Source: an uncultured bacterium (lineage in GTDB: Bacteria; Auribacterota; Erginobacteria; Erginobacterales; Erginobacteraceae). Taken from it: a stretch of 64,000 nucleotides of DNA. The stretch lies in the NCBI GenBank assembly GCA_963822585.1, contig CAWGIE010000036.1:192001-256000 (forward strand). The letters are read 5' to 3'. Position numbers and translations under genes: made by a program. Below, one piece after another: positions 19,285 to 29,130 of this stretch. The number at the start of each line of letters is the position of its first letter. The first letter of the stretch is position 1. Below the pieces are notes generated by a model. The model did not search any database, was not told the origin of the DNA, and worked only from the letters and a program-made list of their open reading frames with translations.

Positions 19285-19968
19285 GTGATAAGGAAACTTG
19301 CGGCAGCGGCAATGGTGCTGGCGCTCGCCGGCCTGGTTATCCCGGGGGGAAAAGCGCGCGCCGGAGATGACTGGGAATGGTGGCTCTACACGCCGGTCGG
19401 CGCCAAAATCACCAAGGAAGTTAAAGCGGACGTGACCGGGATGTTCCGCTGGAAGAACGACATGAAGGATTATTATTACCGGAGCGTCATCGCCAGCGCT
19501 TACTATTCCCTGCTTCCCTGGATGGAAGTCGGGGCCTCTTACTGGTATAAAGAGTCCCGCAAGACCAAGGATGACCCCTGGAGTTACGTCAATACCTACA
19601 TCGCCCGGCTCAATTTCAAATATTCACCGACGGACTGGCTCACCCTCAAGGAAGCCAACCGGCTTGAATATGATAATGCCATCTACCGGTGGAAACTCCG
19701 GGCCAAGCCCGTGGCGGAGTTTCCGCTGTCCTGGCTGGGTTTGAAACAGATCAAGCTGTTCGTGGACAACGAATTTTTCTTTGCCTTCGATTACCCGAAC
19801 GATCTGGACACCTTCTCCGAAAACCGCGCCTCCATCGGGGTCGACGCAGCGATCCTGGGACCCGTGGGAGCCTCCGTCGCCTACCGGAACGTGGGCAAAA
19901 AATCAGCATCCACCGGGAACTGGGATTTCGCTAACGTTCTGGCGACCTATGCGAAACTATCCTTTTAA
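19285..19968 (+). CDS. Outer-membrane beta-barrel protein, DUF2490-like
   Basis: Signal peptide, aromatic alternating beta-strands, NRLEY, FVDNEFFF, ENRASIG, C-terminal ...YAKLSF; GGAGG RBS. Confidence 0.75.
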   Translation: MIRKLAAAAMVLALAGLVIPGGKARAGDDWEWWLYTPVGAKITKEVKADVTGMFRWKNDMKDYYYRSVIASAYYSLLPWMEVGASYWYKESRKTKDDPWSYVNTYIARLNFKYSPTDWLTLKEANRLEYDNAIYRWKLRAKPVAEFPLSWLGLKQIKLFVDNEFFFAFDYPNDLDTFSENRASIGVDAAILGPVGASVAYRNVGKKSASTGNWDFANVLATYAKLSF

Positions 19969-20138
19969 TTTGATCTCTGCCCATCTTTGACAGGCCGAGG
20001 AGCCTGTCCCAGTAATGATCTCCGACGCGCTGCCCGCCACTTGCAAGCGAATCAAAGCGCGAGGCCAAAGCCGGTAAGGATAGCAATGTACTATCCTGAA
20101 TTATTCGTATTCTCATCGATAGCAGAGGGAATGGAGAA

Positions 20139-21137
20139 ATGAGCATAAAAAAAATTACGCCGGCAGTATTGTGGCTGCTTCTCGGTTTCAGCTTCATAAC
20201 CGGCGGCCAGACCGAGGAGGGAAAGACCGGGAGGGTGATCATCTTCCATGCCGGGAGTCTCTCGGTTCCCTTCGACGAGATGGAGAAAAATTTTGAGAAA
20301 GCACACCCCGGTATTGACATCGAAAGGGAATCGGGCGGCAGCCAGGCCTGCGCCCGCAAGATCACCGACCTGAAAAAACCCTGTGACATCATGGCCTCCG
20401 CCGATTACCGGGTGATCGACAAATTTCTCATCCCGGCCTACGCCGGCTGGAATGTTCGTTTCGCCACCAACCAAATGGTCCTGGTATACACCGACCGCAG
20501 CAAGTACGCCGATACGATCAACCAGGATAACTGGTTCGATATCCTGGCGAAGGAAGGGGTGGTCTGGGGCCATTCCGATCCGAATGCGGACCCCTGCGGC
20601 TATCGGGCCCTGATGGTCATCCAGCTGGCGGCGATCTATTACAAAAAGCCTGACCTCTTTCAGCAACTAACCGGGAATCGGCCGGAAGAAAATATCCGCC
20701 CCAAGGCGGACGAGCTGATTTCTCTCCTGCAGGCCGGGAAGATGGATTACGCCTGGGAGTATCGATCGGTGGCCGTGCAGCGGCGATTAAAGTACCTGGA
20801 GCTGCCGGCGGAGATCAATCTGGGCGATCCCGCGCTCGATGACTATTATCGGCAGGCCCGGGTTACTGTGGCCGGGAAAAAACCCGGTGAATTCATCGAT
20901 CTGCGGGGGAACTCAATTACCTATGGCGTAACCATGCTTCAGGCAGCCCCCCAACGCCCGGCGGCGGAGCTTTTTCTTCGCTACCTGCTATCGCCTGAGG
21001 GGGGGCTGAAAATCCTCCGGGAAACCGGACAGTCACCCATTTCTCCTCCGGTCGTAGCTTCCCGGAAGATGCGGGAACTGCTCCCGGCGCAGCTGCGGTC
21101 CCTGGTCGTTCCCGTCTCGATAGACACTCCCCGATGA
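20139..21137 (+). CDS. wtpA: Tungstate/molybdate ABC transporter substrate-binding protein
   Basis: IFHAGSL, GS..ARKI, DIMASADY, FATNQMV, SDPNADPCGYR, AWEYRSVA, ITYG. Confidence 0.9.
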   Translation: MSIKKITPAVLWLLLGFSFITGGQTEEGKTGRVIIFHAGSLSVPFDEMEKNFEKAHPGIDIERESGGSQACARKITDLKKPCDIMASADYRVIDKFLIPAYAGWNVRFATNQMVLVYTDRSKYADTINQDNWFDILAKEGVVWGHSDPNADPCGYRALMVIQLAAIYYKKPDLFQQLTGNRPEENIRPKADELISLLQAGKMDYAWEYRSVAVQRRLKYLELPAEINLGDPALDDYYRQARVTVAGKKPGEFIDLRGNSITYGVTMLQAAPQRPAAELFLRYLLSPEGGLKILRETGQSPISPPVVASRKMRELLPAQLRSLVVPVSIDTPR

Positions 21138-21296
21138 ATATCGTGAGCCCGGATGCAGGGAGATCATCGATTCGTTTATGCGGGGAGCGTAAAGATGTAA
21201 CCGGTGGTGGCAGTAAGTTTCCTTTCCGGTGGGACAATCTCATCTGGATAGCGTGATATTATTCACACAGGATGATTTTCCATTAATCATTCCGCC

Positions 21297-21758
21297 ATGG
21301 AAAAAACCCGTTCAAGCCAGCCGGGCAAGATCGTGGAGATACGGATCGGTCGGGAGAAGGGAGCCCCCCGGACCCTTATCCGGGAAGGTTATTTCAAAGC
21401 CGATTTCGGTCTGACCGGCGACGCCCGCTCCGGGCCGGGAGAAAAACAGGTGACCATCCTGGGGAGAGAGGGGCGGGCAAAGCTGGGGAACATGTCCGAA
21501 GAGGGTCTCTGTTTCAAGCGGTTCGCGGAAACAATAACCACCGAGGGGATCGACCTCTTTAGATTCCCGGCCGGGACCAGGATAAAAATCGGGGAAAGCA
21601 TACAGGAGATCAGCCGGGCGAAAAAAAAGTGCTACCCGGAATGCGATCTGATCAAGAAAAAAACCCCCTGCGTCATGCCGGCGGAAGTTGTCTTCACCCG
21701 GGTCATTAAGGGGGGAACGGTCCGGGTCGGTGACGTGGTCACGATTCTAAAGAATTAA
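21297..21758 (+). CDS. MOSC domain protein
   Basis: EKG, GLTGDA, KQVTIL, FAETITTEG, KKCYPEC, CVMPAE, GGTVRVGD. Confidence 0.85.
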   Translation: MEKTRSSQPGKIVEIRIGREKGAPRTLIREGYFKADFGLTGDARSGPGEKQVTILGREGRAKLGNMSEEGLCFKRFAETITTEGIDLFRFPAGTRIKIGESIQEISRAKKKCYPECDLIKKKTPCVMPAEVVFTRVIKGGTVRVGDVVTILKN

Positions 21759-21830
21759 CCGGGAAAAACGCGTTGCCCGGCCATGCCCCCATAGTAAATA
21801 TCCAACAACCAATTCTTACATTTCAGTGGC

Positions 21831-21856
21831 TGACTGATTACCGATAACCGATTACT
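21831..21856. repeat. 7-mer ATTACCG family arm remnant
   Basis: tgactgattaccgataaccgattact. Confidence 0.55.
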
Positions 21857-21900
21857 TTTCCCCGGTTTCCGGTGATGGGAAATTCCAGTCGCTTCCCCTT

Positions 21901-22365
21901 TTACGGAGATGGTTTTTCGGGGGGGGTCTGCGTGGGCTGGGCCATCATCGAGATGCCTTCCTTGCTGTCGATTGCCTCGAAGATCATCTCGGCGGCGAAG
22001 CGGGCCAGCTCGCTGTCGAGAGAAACCACATCCAGGCGGGTCCGGTCGGGCCCCTCTTCCTTGAAGAAAAACCCCACCTCCGTGGTGTCGACACAGCGGG
22101 GGTAGACGCGGTTCCACCACATGGCCGTCACATACCGGCTACCGGGGCGGTCGAGGTAAATGTAGAGCTGTTTCTCCTCCAGGACCTCGATCAGGGCGGC
22201 ATAGCTCTCATCGAATCCGGCCAGGACGATGCCGCTGAATCTGCCCTTCTCCTCCTCTTCCAAGGACTGGATGGAGGTGCCGATGACGCGCCGACCCATC
22301 TCGACAGGAGAGCAGGCCACTATAATAAATGAGAAACAGACACCAATGTATAGAATCTTCCGCAT
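21901..22365 (-). CDS. Putative lipoprotein of unknown function
   Basis: Lipobox IVAC after a hydrophobic N-terminus; alpha/beta domain (DTTEVGFFF...TRLDVVS). Confidence 0.7.
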   Translation of the reverse strand: MRKILYIGVCFSFIIVACSPVEMGRRVIGTSIQSLEEEEKGRFSGIVLAGFDESYAALIEVLEEKQLYIYLDRPGSRYVTAMWWNRVYPRCVDTTEVGFFFKEEGPDRTRLDVVSLDSELARFAAEMIFEAIDSKEGISMMAQPTQTPPEKPSP

Positions 22366-22405
22366 CTAATTACCATTCCTGGCAGCTAAAATCTCAGACA
22401 CTGTT

Positions 22406-22556
22406 AATGACGAATGACGAATGAAATCCAAATGATAAATGAAAAAATTCCCCATTTATCCGCCGCGGCCCTGCGGGGGCGATGGGGTCGTATTTGGTTA
22501 TTCAATAATTTGGTTTTGTCATTCTTTCCTCATTCATCATTCGGATTTCGTCATTC
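22406..22556. repeat. Inverted-arm element, 7-mer AATGACG/AAATCC family
   Basis: aatgacgaatgacgaatgaaatccaaatg ... gtcattctttcctcattcatcattcggatttcgtcatt. Confidence 0.8.
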
Positions 22557-22638
22557 TAAATTGTTTCCCATTTATTTTAATCCATTATATTAGAAAAACA
22601 CCCATTATTTTTATCCGGGCCTGGAAATCAATTGATTT

Positions 22639-23961
22639 TCATGCCCGGATAAAAATAGAGTCGGGGAAGACGTGTTCCACCGTCCCGCTGATGCTGGCGT
22701 GAATCGGAGCCCCCAGGGCATCGGGCGGAACATCGCCGATCATCTTTCCCTCCTCGACCCGGTCGCCGTCGGCTACCAAGGGCCGGCAGGGGACGCCCAC
22801 ATGCTGCTGAAGGGGAATATTAACCCGCTTGACAAAAAGCGGTTCCTTCTGAAGAGGGGCGTCCCGGTCATACTTCTTGACACCGATGCGGGAAGCGAAC
22901 CGGGAGACCGGAATCTTCCGACCGTCCTTGAACGGATGAGGGGTCAGATCAGCGTTCCGGAGGGTCTTCTCGACCCCCTTCTCTTTCATCGTCTTCATCA
23001 GGCCGGCGATCACTTTATCCGGCGAGATGGTGGTGGGACAGGCATACATGCCGCAGACGCCGCACTGGCAGCAGAGGTAGGCCTTGGCCAGGTCTTCGGG
23101 CGGGATGCAGTCCGCCCGCTGCTGGCCGACCAGCCTCATGATGATGTGAGGCTCCATCCGATGGCCGTTCAGGTAGCGCGGACAATGATCGGTGCAATAA
23201 CGGCACTGATCGCAGGCCCAGGCGGCCATTTTAACATCATTTTCAATCGCCCGGCGCTTATAAAGAACCTGTTTGTGGTCTTTCGGAAGCACGATCAGAC
23301 CGGTGGTTTTCTTGGATATCTGTCCGGCGGAAAAACCCCCCATGATCGGGCCGCCGTCCAGCACTTCGTATTCATCGACGGTGGCCCCTCCGGCGGCGGC
23401 GATGATGTCTTCCACAAAAGCCCCGACGGGAACGGAGAGGGTGATCGGACGCCTCACCTCACCCGCGACCGTCAAGGCCCGGTGAGTGACCGGCTGCCCC
23501 CGGGCGGCCCGGCAGACGTTGATCAGCGTCCCCACGTTGTCCACGACCACGCCGACGTCCATCGGGATCCCCCCTTCCGGGACCAGGAGCCCGGTCACTT
23601 CGTAAACCAGGATGTGTTCATCGCCGGCCGGATAATAGCTCCCCATCAGGAAAAGCTCCACCCGCGAATCCCGGCGGGCGATCTCCCCCCGGAGGGCGTC
23701 GACCGCCCCCTGATATTTCTTCTTGAGCGCGATGACGACTTTCGAGGCCCCCACCGCCTCTCCCATCAGCTCCAGCCCCTCGATCAATTCAGAGGCGCCG
23801 GAGATCATCAACTGTTGATCGACCCGGAGAAGGGGCTCGCACTCGGCACCGTTGGCGATCACCCACCGGGCCCGGGCGGAGGCTTTCACATGAGTGGGAA
23901 ACCCGGCCCCCCCGGCGCCCACGACCCCGGCCCTTTTAACCTGTTCCGCCAGCGTGTTCAT
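22639..23961 (-). CDS. PduS-like SLBB/4Fe-4S flavoprotein (circularly permuted RnfC paralogue)
   Basis: AGVVGAGGAGFPTHVK, NGAECEPLL, YPAGDE, GGPIMG, CDQCRYCTDHCP, CCQCGVCGMYACP, C-terminal QHVG...APIHASISG. Confidence 0.88.
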   Translation of the reverse strand: MNTLAEQVKRAGVVGAGGAGFPTHVKASARARWVIANGAECEPLLRVDQQLMISGASELIEGLELMGEAVGASKVVIALKKKYQGAVDALRGEIARRDSRVELFLMGSYYPAGDEHILVYEVTGLLVPEGGIPMDVGVVVDNVGTLINVCRAARGQPVTHRALTVAGEVRRPITLSVPVGAFVEDIIAAAGGATVDEYEVLDGGPIMGGFSAGQISKKTTGLIVLPKDHKQVLYKRRAIENDVKMAAWACDQCRYCTDHCPRYLNGHRMEPHIIMRLVGQQRADCIPPEDLAKAYLCCQCGVCGMYACPTTISPDKVIAGLMKTMKEKGVEKTLRNADLTPHPFKDGRKIPVSRFASRIGVKKYDRDAPLQKEPLFVKRVNIPLQQHVGVPCRPLVADGDRVEEGKMIGDVPPDALGAPIHASISGTVEHVFPDSIFIRA

Positions 23962-23964
23962 GAC

Positions 23965-24525
23965 CTATGAATCCCTCAACAGGCTCAACGCTTCCGCCCG
24001 TGTTCTCTCATCACGGCGAAAATTTCCCCGGACCGCCTCGGTCTTGACCAGGGTCCCCGGTTTTTTCACCCCCCGCATGTTCAGGCAGAGATGTTCCGCT
24101 TCTATCTGGACCAGGACACCCCTCGGCCGGAGCTTCTCCATGAGAAGATCGGCGATCTCGGTTGTCATCCGCTCCTGGACCTGAAGGCGTCGGCTGAACA
24201 GTTCCACCACCCTGACCAAAGTGCTGAGACCGGTGATCATGCTCTCCTTGGGGATATAAGCGATATGAACTCTCCCGAAAAACGGGAGGAGATGATGTTC
24301 GCAAATGGAATAAAAAGGGATATCCTTGAGAAGTACGATCTCGTCAAAACCGGGACAGGGGAAAACCCTGATTTCCGGGGCGATCTCCCTCCCCACCCCT
24401 TCCAGTATTTCCCCGCACATCTCGGCTACCCGGCCGGGCGTATCTTTCAGACCGGGCCGGGATGGGTCTTCACCGATCGCCTGCAGAAGATCGCTGACCG
24501 CTTTTTTTATCTTTTCCTGATCCAT
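23965..24525 (-). CDS. folE: GTP cyclohydrolase I
   Basis: GEDP.RPGLKDTP.RV, CEHHLLPF, RLQVQER, HLCLNMRGV. Confidence 0.95.
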   Translation of the reverse strand: MDQEKIKKAVSDLLQAIGEDPSRPGLKDTPGRVAEMCGEILEGVGREIAPEIRVFPCPGFDEIVLLKDIPFYSICEHHLLPFFGRVHIAYIPKESMITGLSTLVRVVELFSRRLQVQERMTTEIADLLMEKLRPRGVLVQIEAEHLCLNMRGVKKPGTLVKTEAVRGNFRRDERTRAEALSLLRDS

Positions 24526-24560
24526 TTACAACTTACCCCCGTTCATCATATCACTTACTA

Positions 24561-24637
24561 AACAGATGATTACTTTCTATGGTTCCCTCCGCCGCGACCC
24601 CTTTATAAAACAGACGATTGAATGTGATTGAATAGGA
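24561..24637. repeat. Intergenic element homologous to 26290-26393
   Basis: acagatgatta...ccctttataaaacagacgattg-aatgtgattgaatagga. Confidence 0.65.
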
Positions 24638-24674
24638 AAATAAGTACTCTATCAATCTAATGCTTTATACATTC

Positions 24675-25484
24675 TTATTTTCCTGAAGGGGAAACAAGTC
24701 TTTCGATTATATTGCGGGGGCAGACTTCAATACATTTACCACAATTGATACACTTCTCATAATCGATTCTGGCCAGGTTGTCTTGCAGGGTAATCGCCTC
24801 GACCGGACATTCCTTCACACACTTGCTGCAGGCGATGCAGCCGACCGAACAGACTTTCACCACCGTTTTCCCTTTAGCCAGAGAAGAACAGAGTATGTCC
24901 ACGGAAGCTTTTTTGGGAATAAGTCGGATGATTTTCCTCGGGCAATGCTGCACGCAAAGCCCGCAGGAACGGCATTTTTCCGGGATAACCACGGGGTTGC
25001 CGCGTTCGTCGATCCGGATCGCGTCAAAGGGGCAAATTTTCCGGCAGGTGTAATACCGGAGGCAGCCATAATCGCAGGCGGAAACGCCCCCCCCAATCTG
25101 ATTAGCGGCGGCACAGTTCTGGATACCGGCATATTCATACCTGCGGGCGGCGTCATAGCCGCCCCGGCAGAAGATCCGAGCTTCCAGCTTCTCCTCCTCT
25201 TCCAGCAACTTTCCCAGCAGGCCGGCGATCTCCTTCCGGCATTCCGGGGAAGCGACCGGACACACCGAAGGCTCGGCTTTGCCGTCCAGCAGCGCCCGGG
25301 CGCAGTCCACGCAGCCCCCATAACCACAGGCGCCGCAGTTGAGCTGAGGCAGCAGTTCTTCGATTTTCTCCAGGCGGGGATCGATATGGGCGTAAAAAAC
25401 CCGGCTCCCGACTGCCAGTCCCAGCCCGAAGATCAAACCCAGAACGCTGATTGTCAGCACCGCTGCCAGTATCTCAGTCATCAA
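24675..25484 (-). CDS. rnfB: Rnf electron transport complex subunit B
   Basis: N-terminal TM, LPQLNCGACGYGGC, CPV, CDYGCL, several CxxCxxCxxxCP. Confidence 0.95.
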   Translation of the reverse strand: MMTEILAAVLTISVLGLIFGLGLAVGSRVFYAHIDPRLEKIEELLPQLNCGACGYGGCVDCARALLDGKAEPSVCPVASPECRKEIAGLLGKLLEEEEKLEARIFCRGGYDAARRYEYAGIQNCAAANQIGGGVSACDYGCLRYYTCRKICPFDAIRIDERGNPVVIPEKCRSCGLCVQHCPRKIIRLIPKKASVDILCSSLAKGKTVVKVCSVGCIACSKCVKECPVEAITLQDNLARIDYEKCINCGKCIEVCPRNIIERLVSPSGK

Positions 25485-25506
25485 TGATCCCTGCTTAAAA
25501 ACGTAT

Positions 25507-25583
25507 CACCACGAAGAAAAAAATTAGAGAGAGTATATTTTGCTTTCTTACCAACCTTCGTGTACTTCGTGTCCTTCGTGGTT
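25507..25583. repeat. Inverted-arm element, 9-mer family, copy 2
   Basis: caccacgaag ... cttcgtgtacttcgtgtccttcgtggt. Confidence 0.75.
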
Positions 25584-25609
25584 CAACAGGTTTTACTATA
25601 TACAATCTT

Positions 25610-26266
25610 TTAAATAAGGCCCGAGAATCCCAGGAACGCCATCGACATCAGGGCCGCGATCAGGAAAGCGATCGGCGCCCCGCGAAGAGCCGGCGGGACG
25701 TCGGCCAGTTCCAAACGTTCCCGGATGGATGCCATCAAAAGCAACGCCAGGGTAAATCCCACCCCGGCGCCGAAACCCTGCACCAGACACTTGAACAAAC
25801 TCCCCCGGACGGCCTCTCCGCCCTGGAAGAAGGTGTCGATATTCAACACTGTCACCCCGAGAACTGCGCAGTTGGTGGTGATCAGGGGGAGGTAGATCCC
25901 CAGCGCCCGATAAAGAGCGGGGCTGCTCTTGGTAATAACCATCTCCACCAGTTGGACCAGGGCGGCAATGACCAGGATAAAAGCGATTGTCCGCAGATAG
26001 CTGAAGTCGAAGGCCGCGGGTTCCATCCCATCGCCCCAGAGGCAAAACCAGAGGTTATGGGGACCCGGGGCCAGAAGATAGCGGTAAATAAACCAGGTGG
26101 CGGCCGAAGCCATGGTCATCACGAAGATGACCGCGAGCCCCATTCCGGCGGCCGACTTCAGGTCCTTGGAGACCCCGATGTACGGGCAGATGCCCAGGAA
26201 GCGGACCAGGACAAAGTTGTTGACCAGGACCACCCCGATGAAAATGATAAACAGCTCGCCGATCAT
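25610..26266 (-). CDS. rnfA: Rnf electron transport complex subunit A
   Basis: [41 protein letters not shown]. Confidence 0.96.
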   Translation of the reverse strand: MIGELFIIFIGVVLVNNFVLVRFLGICPYIGVSKDLKSAAGMGLAVIFVMTMASAATWFIYRYLLAPGPHNLWFCLWGDGMEPAAFDFSYLRTIAFILVIAALVQLVEMVITKSSPALYRALGIYLPLITTNCAVLGVTVLNIDTFFQGGEAVRGSLFKCLVQGFGAGVGFTLALLLMASIRERLELADVPPALRGAPIAFLIAALMSMAFLGFSGLI

Positions 26267-26289
26267 GACATCTTAGTTACTCATTGCCT

Positions 26290-26393
26290 ACAGACGATTA
26301 GTTCAATTCCCCACCCCACCCCCCCCGCCCCCTTTTTTAACAGACGATTGTCGTAGATCCGGCAGTTTTTGACGGAAATGTGATTGGATAGGA
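26290..26393. repeat. Intergenic element homologous to 24561-24637, with a 26-nt insert
   Basis: acagacgatta...cccttttttaacagacgattg[tcgtagatccggcagtttttgacgga]aatgtgattggatagga. Confidence 0.65.
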
Positions 26394-26482
26394 CCTCTTC
26401 CCTCTACCTCAGCCCCGTTCGTTCGCTGCCCGCGGGTAAATTTGATATTATTCCTCCGGCGGAGTTCAGTTTTTTTCCAATC

Positions 26483-26517
26483 CACTGATCACCGATTACT
26501 GGTTACTGATTACCGAT
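26483..26517. repeat. 7-mer ATTACCG/ATTACTG arm overlapping the rnfE stop
   Basis: cactgatcaccgattactggttactgattaccgat. Confidence 0.65.
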
Positions 26518-27114
26518 TTCAGCCTCCTTGGCTTCGCGCCGGGAGCGGATGAGGGCGAACAAGCCCAGGAGAAGACCGATGGTCAGGAAAGCTCCCGGGG
26601 GTAAAATCATGATCATGGCCGGCCGGAATCCCGGGACCAGTTCATAGCCAAGCAGCGCGTTCGACCCCAGGATCTCCCGGATCGTCCCCAGCAGCAGCAG
26701 AGAGAGGGTGAACCCCATACCCATCCCCAGGCCGTCAGCCAGGGAAAGTAAAACCGGGTTCCGGGAGGCGAATGCTTCCGCCCTCCCCAGGATAATACAG
26801 TTGACCACGATCAGAGGTATGAATATTCCCAGCCTGAGAAAAAGCGGGTAGGTATATGCCTGCATCACCAGTTCGACAACCGTGACAAAAGTAGCGATGA
26901 CAACGATGAAACAGGGGATCCGGATTTTTTTCGGTATAAACTTTCTGATCAGGGAGACGATCAGGTTGGAAAAAACCAGTACAAACGTGGTCGCGGCGCC
27001 CATACCGACCGCGTTGGAAACGGAGGTCGAGACCGCCAGGGTTGGACAGAGCCCGAGAAGGAGGATAAAAACCGGGTTCCGCTTGAGAATACCCTTGGTA
27101 AATTCCTTAATCAT
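26503..27114 (-). CDS. rnfE: Rnf electron transport complex subunit E
   Basis: NPVFILLLGLCPTLAV, RIP, FIPLIVVNCIILGRAEAFAS, LPPGAF. Confidence 0.96.
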   Translation of the reverse strand: MIKEFTKGILKRNPVFILLLGLCPTLAVSTSVSNAVGMGAATTFVLVFSNLIVSLIRKFIPKKIRIPCFIVVIATFVTVVELVMQAYTYPLFLRLGIFIPLIVVNCIILGRAEAFASRNPVLLSLADGLGMGMGFTLSLLLLGTIREILGSNALLGYELVPGFRPAMIMILPPGAFLTIGLLLGLFALIRSRREAKEAEIGNQ

Positions 27115-27731
27115 TATTTTTCTTTCTGTTCTTTGAGAAAGGCTTCCACGCTCTCCCGGACCGCGTCCGTCACCGCCCGGCTGGTGATGGTGGCGCCGGT
27201 TAAAGCCTGAATCTCGGTATCGGTGGGGCCGGTGACCACGTGTAGGTCTTTCACCATCTTCCCGGCAAATTGATCTTCGAACCAGGGGCGCCCCGGTTCG
27301 GCGCCGGCTCCGCGACCCAGAAGCGCCTGCCAGAAAGTGCGGGTAGTGGGGACCTCGACCGCCTTGGTGCCCAGTCCCGGGGTTTCTTTCTGCTCGACGA
27401 TTTGAATCCCGGCAACCGTACCCGTCGTATCCACCCCCACCATGACCTTGATCATACTGCTGTAGCCTTTGGCTTCGCCCTGGAAAGCGTACCCCACCAC
27501 CGTACCCGTATCATCGAGGCCCCGGTAAAAGTTTATCTCGCTCCCCCTTTCGAGGCCGGAAAAGCGGGTGGCTAAAGGGAGGACGATCCGCAATGCCTGC
27601 AACTGATCATCCCGGGCCCTTTCCTCAATGATGCCCCGGGTGAGATGATAGGCGCCCGCCAGAGCGATCCCCGCGATCAGGCAGATCCCCATCAGTATAA
27701 ATCCCAGTTTATATATCTTTTCCTGCTCCAT
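27114..27731 (-). CDS. rnfG: Rnf electron transport complex subunit G
   Basis: N-terminal TM, GYS, ETPGLG, FMN-attachment motif TGATITS. Confidence 0.95.
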   Translation of the reverse strand: MEQEKIYKLGFILMGICLIAGIALAGAYHLTRGIIEERARDDQLQALRIVLPLATRFSGLERGSEINFYRGLDDTGTVVGYAFQGEAKGYSSMIKVMVGVDTTGTVAGIQIVEQKETPGLGTKAVEVPTTRTFWQALLGRGAGAEPGRPWFEDQFAGKMVKDLHVVTGPTDTEIQALTGATITSRAVTDAVRESVEAFLKEQKEK

Positions 27732-28005
27732 TATAAATTAGCTCGCTGCACTCGCAAATTTATAAGTTTTGAACAATGACCGAATTGATTCCTCCGGGGC
27801 AAAGAAATTAAAGGATTTCTTTTGCGCATCGGCTGACATTAAACCTTGATTACCGAGATCTGCTGTCGGTCAAAGTACATATTTCTTATTTTCCCGAAGA
27901 AAAAACAAGATTTCGGAATCTCACTATAATCAATACACTTTGGTATTGCCCACTTTAATTCTTCTGACGCATCCTCAAATAAACGTAAATTTTTCGCAGA
28001 AAAAT

Positions 28006-29001
28006 TTACGTGCCGAAAATACGCGGCCGAACAAATTTGTCGATCAGGGGGGTGAAGGCGTTCATGATCAAAATCGCATAACAGACCCCTTCCGGGAACC
28101 CCCCGTAGAGACGGATGATCGCCGTAATCAGTCCGCAACCGAGGCCGAAAATGAACATTCCGGTCCCGGTTACCGGCGAAGTAACCATATCGGTGGCCAT
28201 GAAAATGGCGCCCAGAAGCAGCCCTCCCCCCAGAATATGCTGGTAAGGGGTGAGCGAGAGCGCCCCCTCTTTGACGGGGAGGATCCAGGTCAGGAGCGCC
28301 ACCGTTCCGATAAAGGAGACCGGGGTCTGCCACCGGATGTAACCCCGGATCAGAAGAAAGCCTCCGCCGATCAAAAGGGCCAGCGCCGAGGTCTCCCCGA
28401 TACAACCGCCGATATTTCCCCAGAACATGTCCATCGTTGAAAAAACCCCGTTCGGGGAGGGGATCAGGGCGGATATCCCTTCTTTGGCCGCCCCCAGGGG
28501 GGTCGCGTAGGTGAGCGCGTCGAGGTGGGCATAGAGCGCGGTCCGGGGAGGAGTCCAGGTAGTCATCTGCGGAAGCCAGGAATGCATCACGAAAACCCGG
28601 CCCACCAGGGCCGGATTGAAAATGTTGTGTCCCAGACCGCCGAAGGCCTGCTTTCCCACCGCGATGCCGAAGGCGGCGCCGACAGCCGGGAGCCAGAGAG
28701 GGACCCCCACCGGGAGGTTGAAGGCCAGAAGAAGCCCCGCCACCGCCGCGCTGCCGTCGGCGACAGTCACCGGACGACCGCGCAGTTTCTGGATCAGCGC
28801 TTCGGTCAAAATCGCCGAGACGACGGCGACGATCTCGATCTGAAGGGCTTTGAAACCGAAAAAGTAGAGACTGGCCAGGAGAGCCGGGAGCAGTGAAATC
28901 ACCACCGCCCACATCACCCGGGGGATGGTCTCGCCGCCGTGAAACTGCGGGGCGGGGGTGACCTGAAAGAGCCGTTCCTTCTTGTTATTATTCAAAGCCA
29001 T
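28006..29001 (-). CDS. rnfD: Rnf electron transport complex subunit D
   Basis: KQAFGGLGHNIFNPALVG, DALTYATPL, GCIGETS, FMATD, GFPEGVCYAIL. Confidence 0.96.
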   Translation of the reverse strand: MALNNNKKERLFQVTPAPQFHGGETIPRVMWAVVISLLPALLASLYFFGFKALQIEIVAVVSAILTEALIQKLRGRPVTVADGSAAVAGLLLAFNLPVGVPLWLPAVGAAFGIAVGKQAFGGLGHNIFNPALVGRVFVMHSWLPQMTTWTPPRTALYAHLDALTYATPLGAAKEGISALIPSPNGVFSTMDMFWGNIGGCIGETSALALLIGGGFLLIRGYIRWQTPVSFIGTVALLTWILPVKEGALSLTPYQHILGGGLLLGAIFMATDMVTSPVTGTGMFIFGLGCGLITAIIRLYGGFPEGVCYAILIMNAFTPLIDKFVRPRIFGT

Positions 29002-29040
29002 AAATCATTTGATTTTTTAATAAATATCCAAAGGATATGA

Positions 29041-29130
29041 AGGAGTAATGGAATAGTGGAATAATGGAGTATTGGAAAGCCGTTTCCCCGGCACCCCATT
29101 ACTCCAACACTCCCCCACTCCATCACCCCT
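29041..29130. repeat. Inverted-arm element, 8-mer family, copy 3
   Basis: aggagtaatggaatagtggaataatggagtattgg ... ccattactccaacactcccccactccatcacccct; contains the rnfC stop codon. Confidence 0.85.

Noticed and set aside
22639..23961. Bacterial microcompartment locus
   Set aside because: A PduS-like gene is present but there are no shell-protein genes in the window.
26303..26485. Possible HepT/DUF86 toxin remnant (WKK...QKLPDLRQ)
   Set aside because: The resemblance is weak, there is no RxxxxH motif, and the region is explained by repeat modules.
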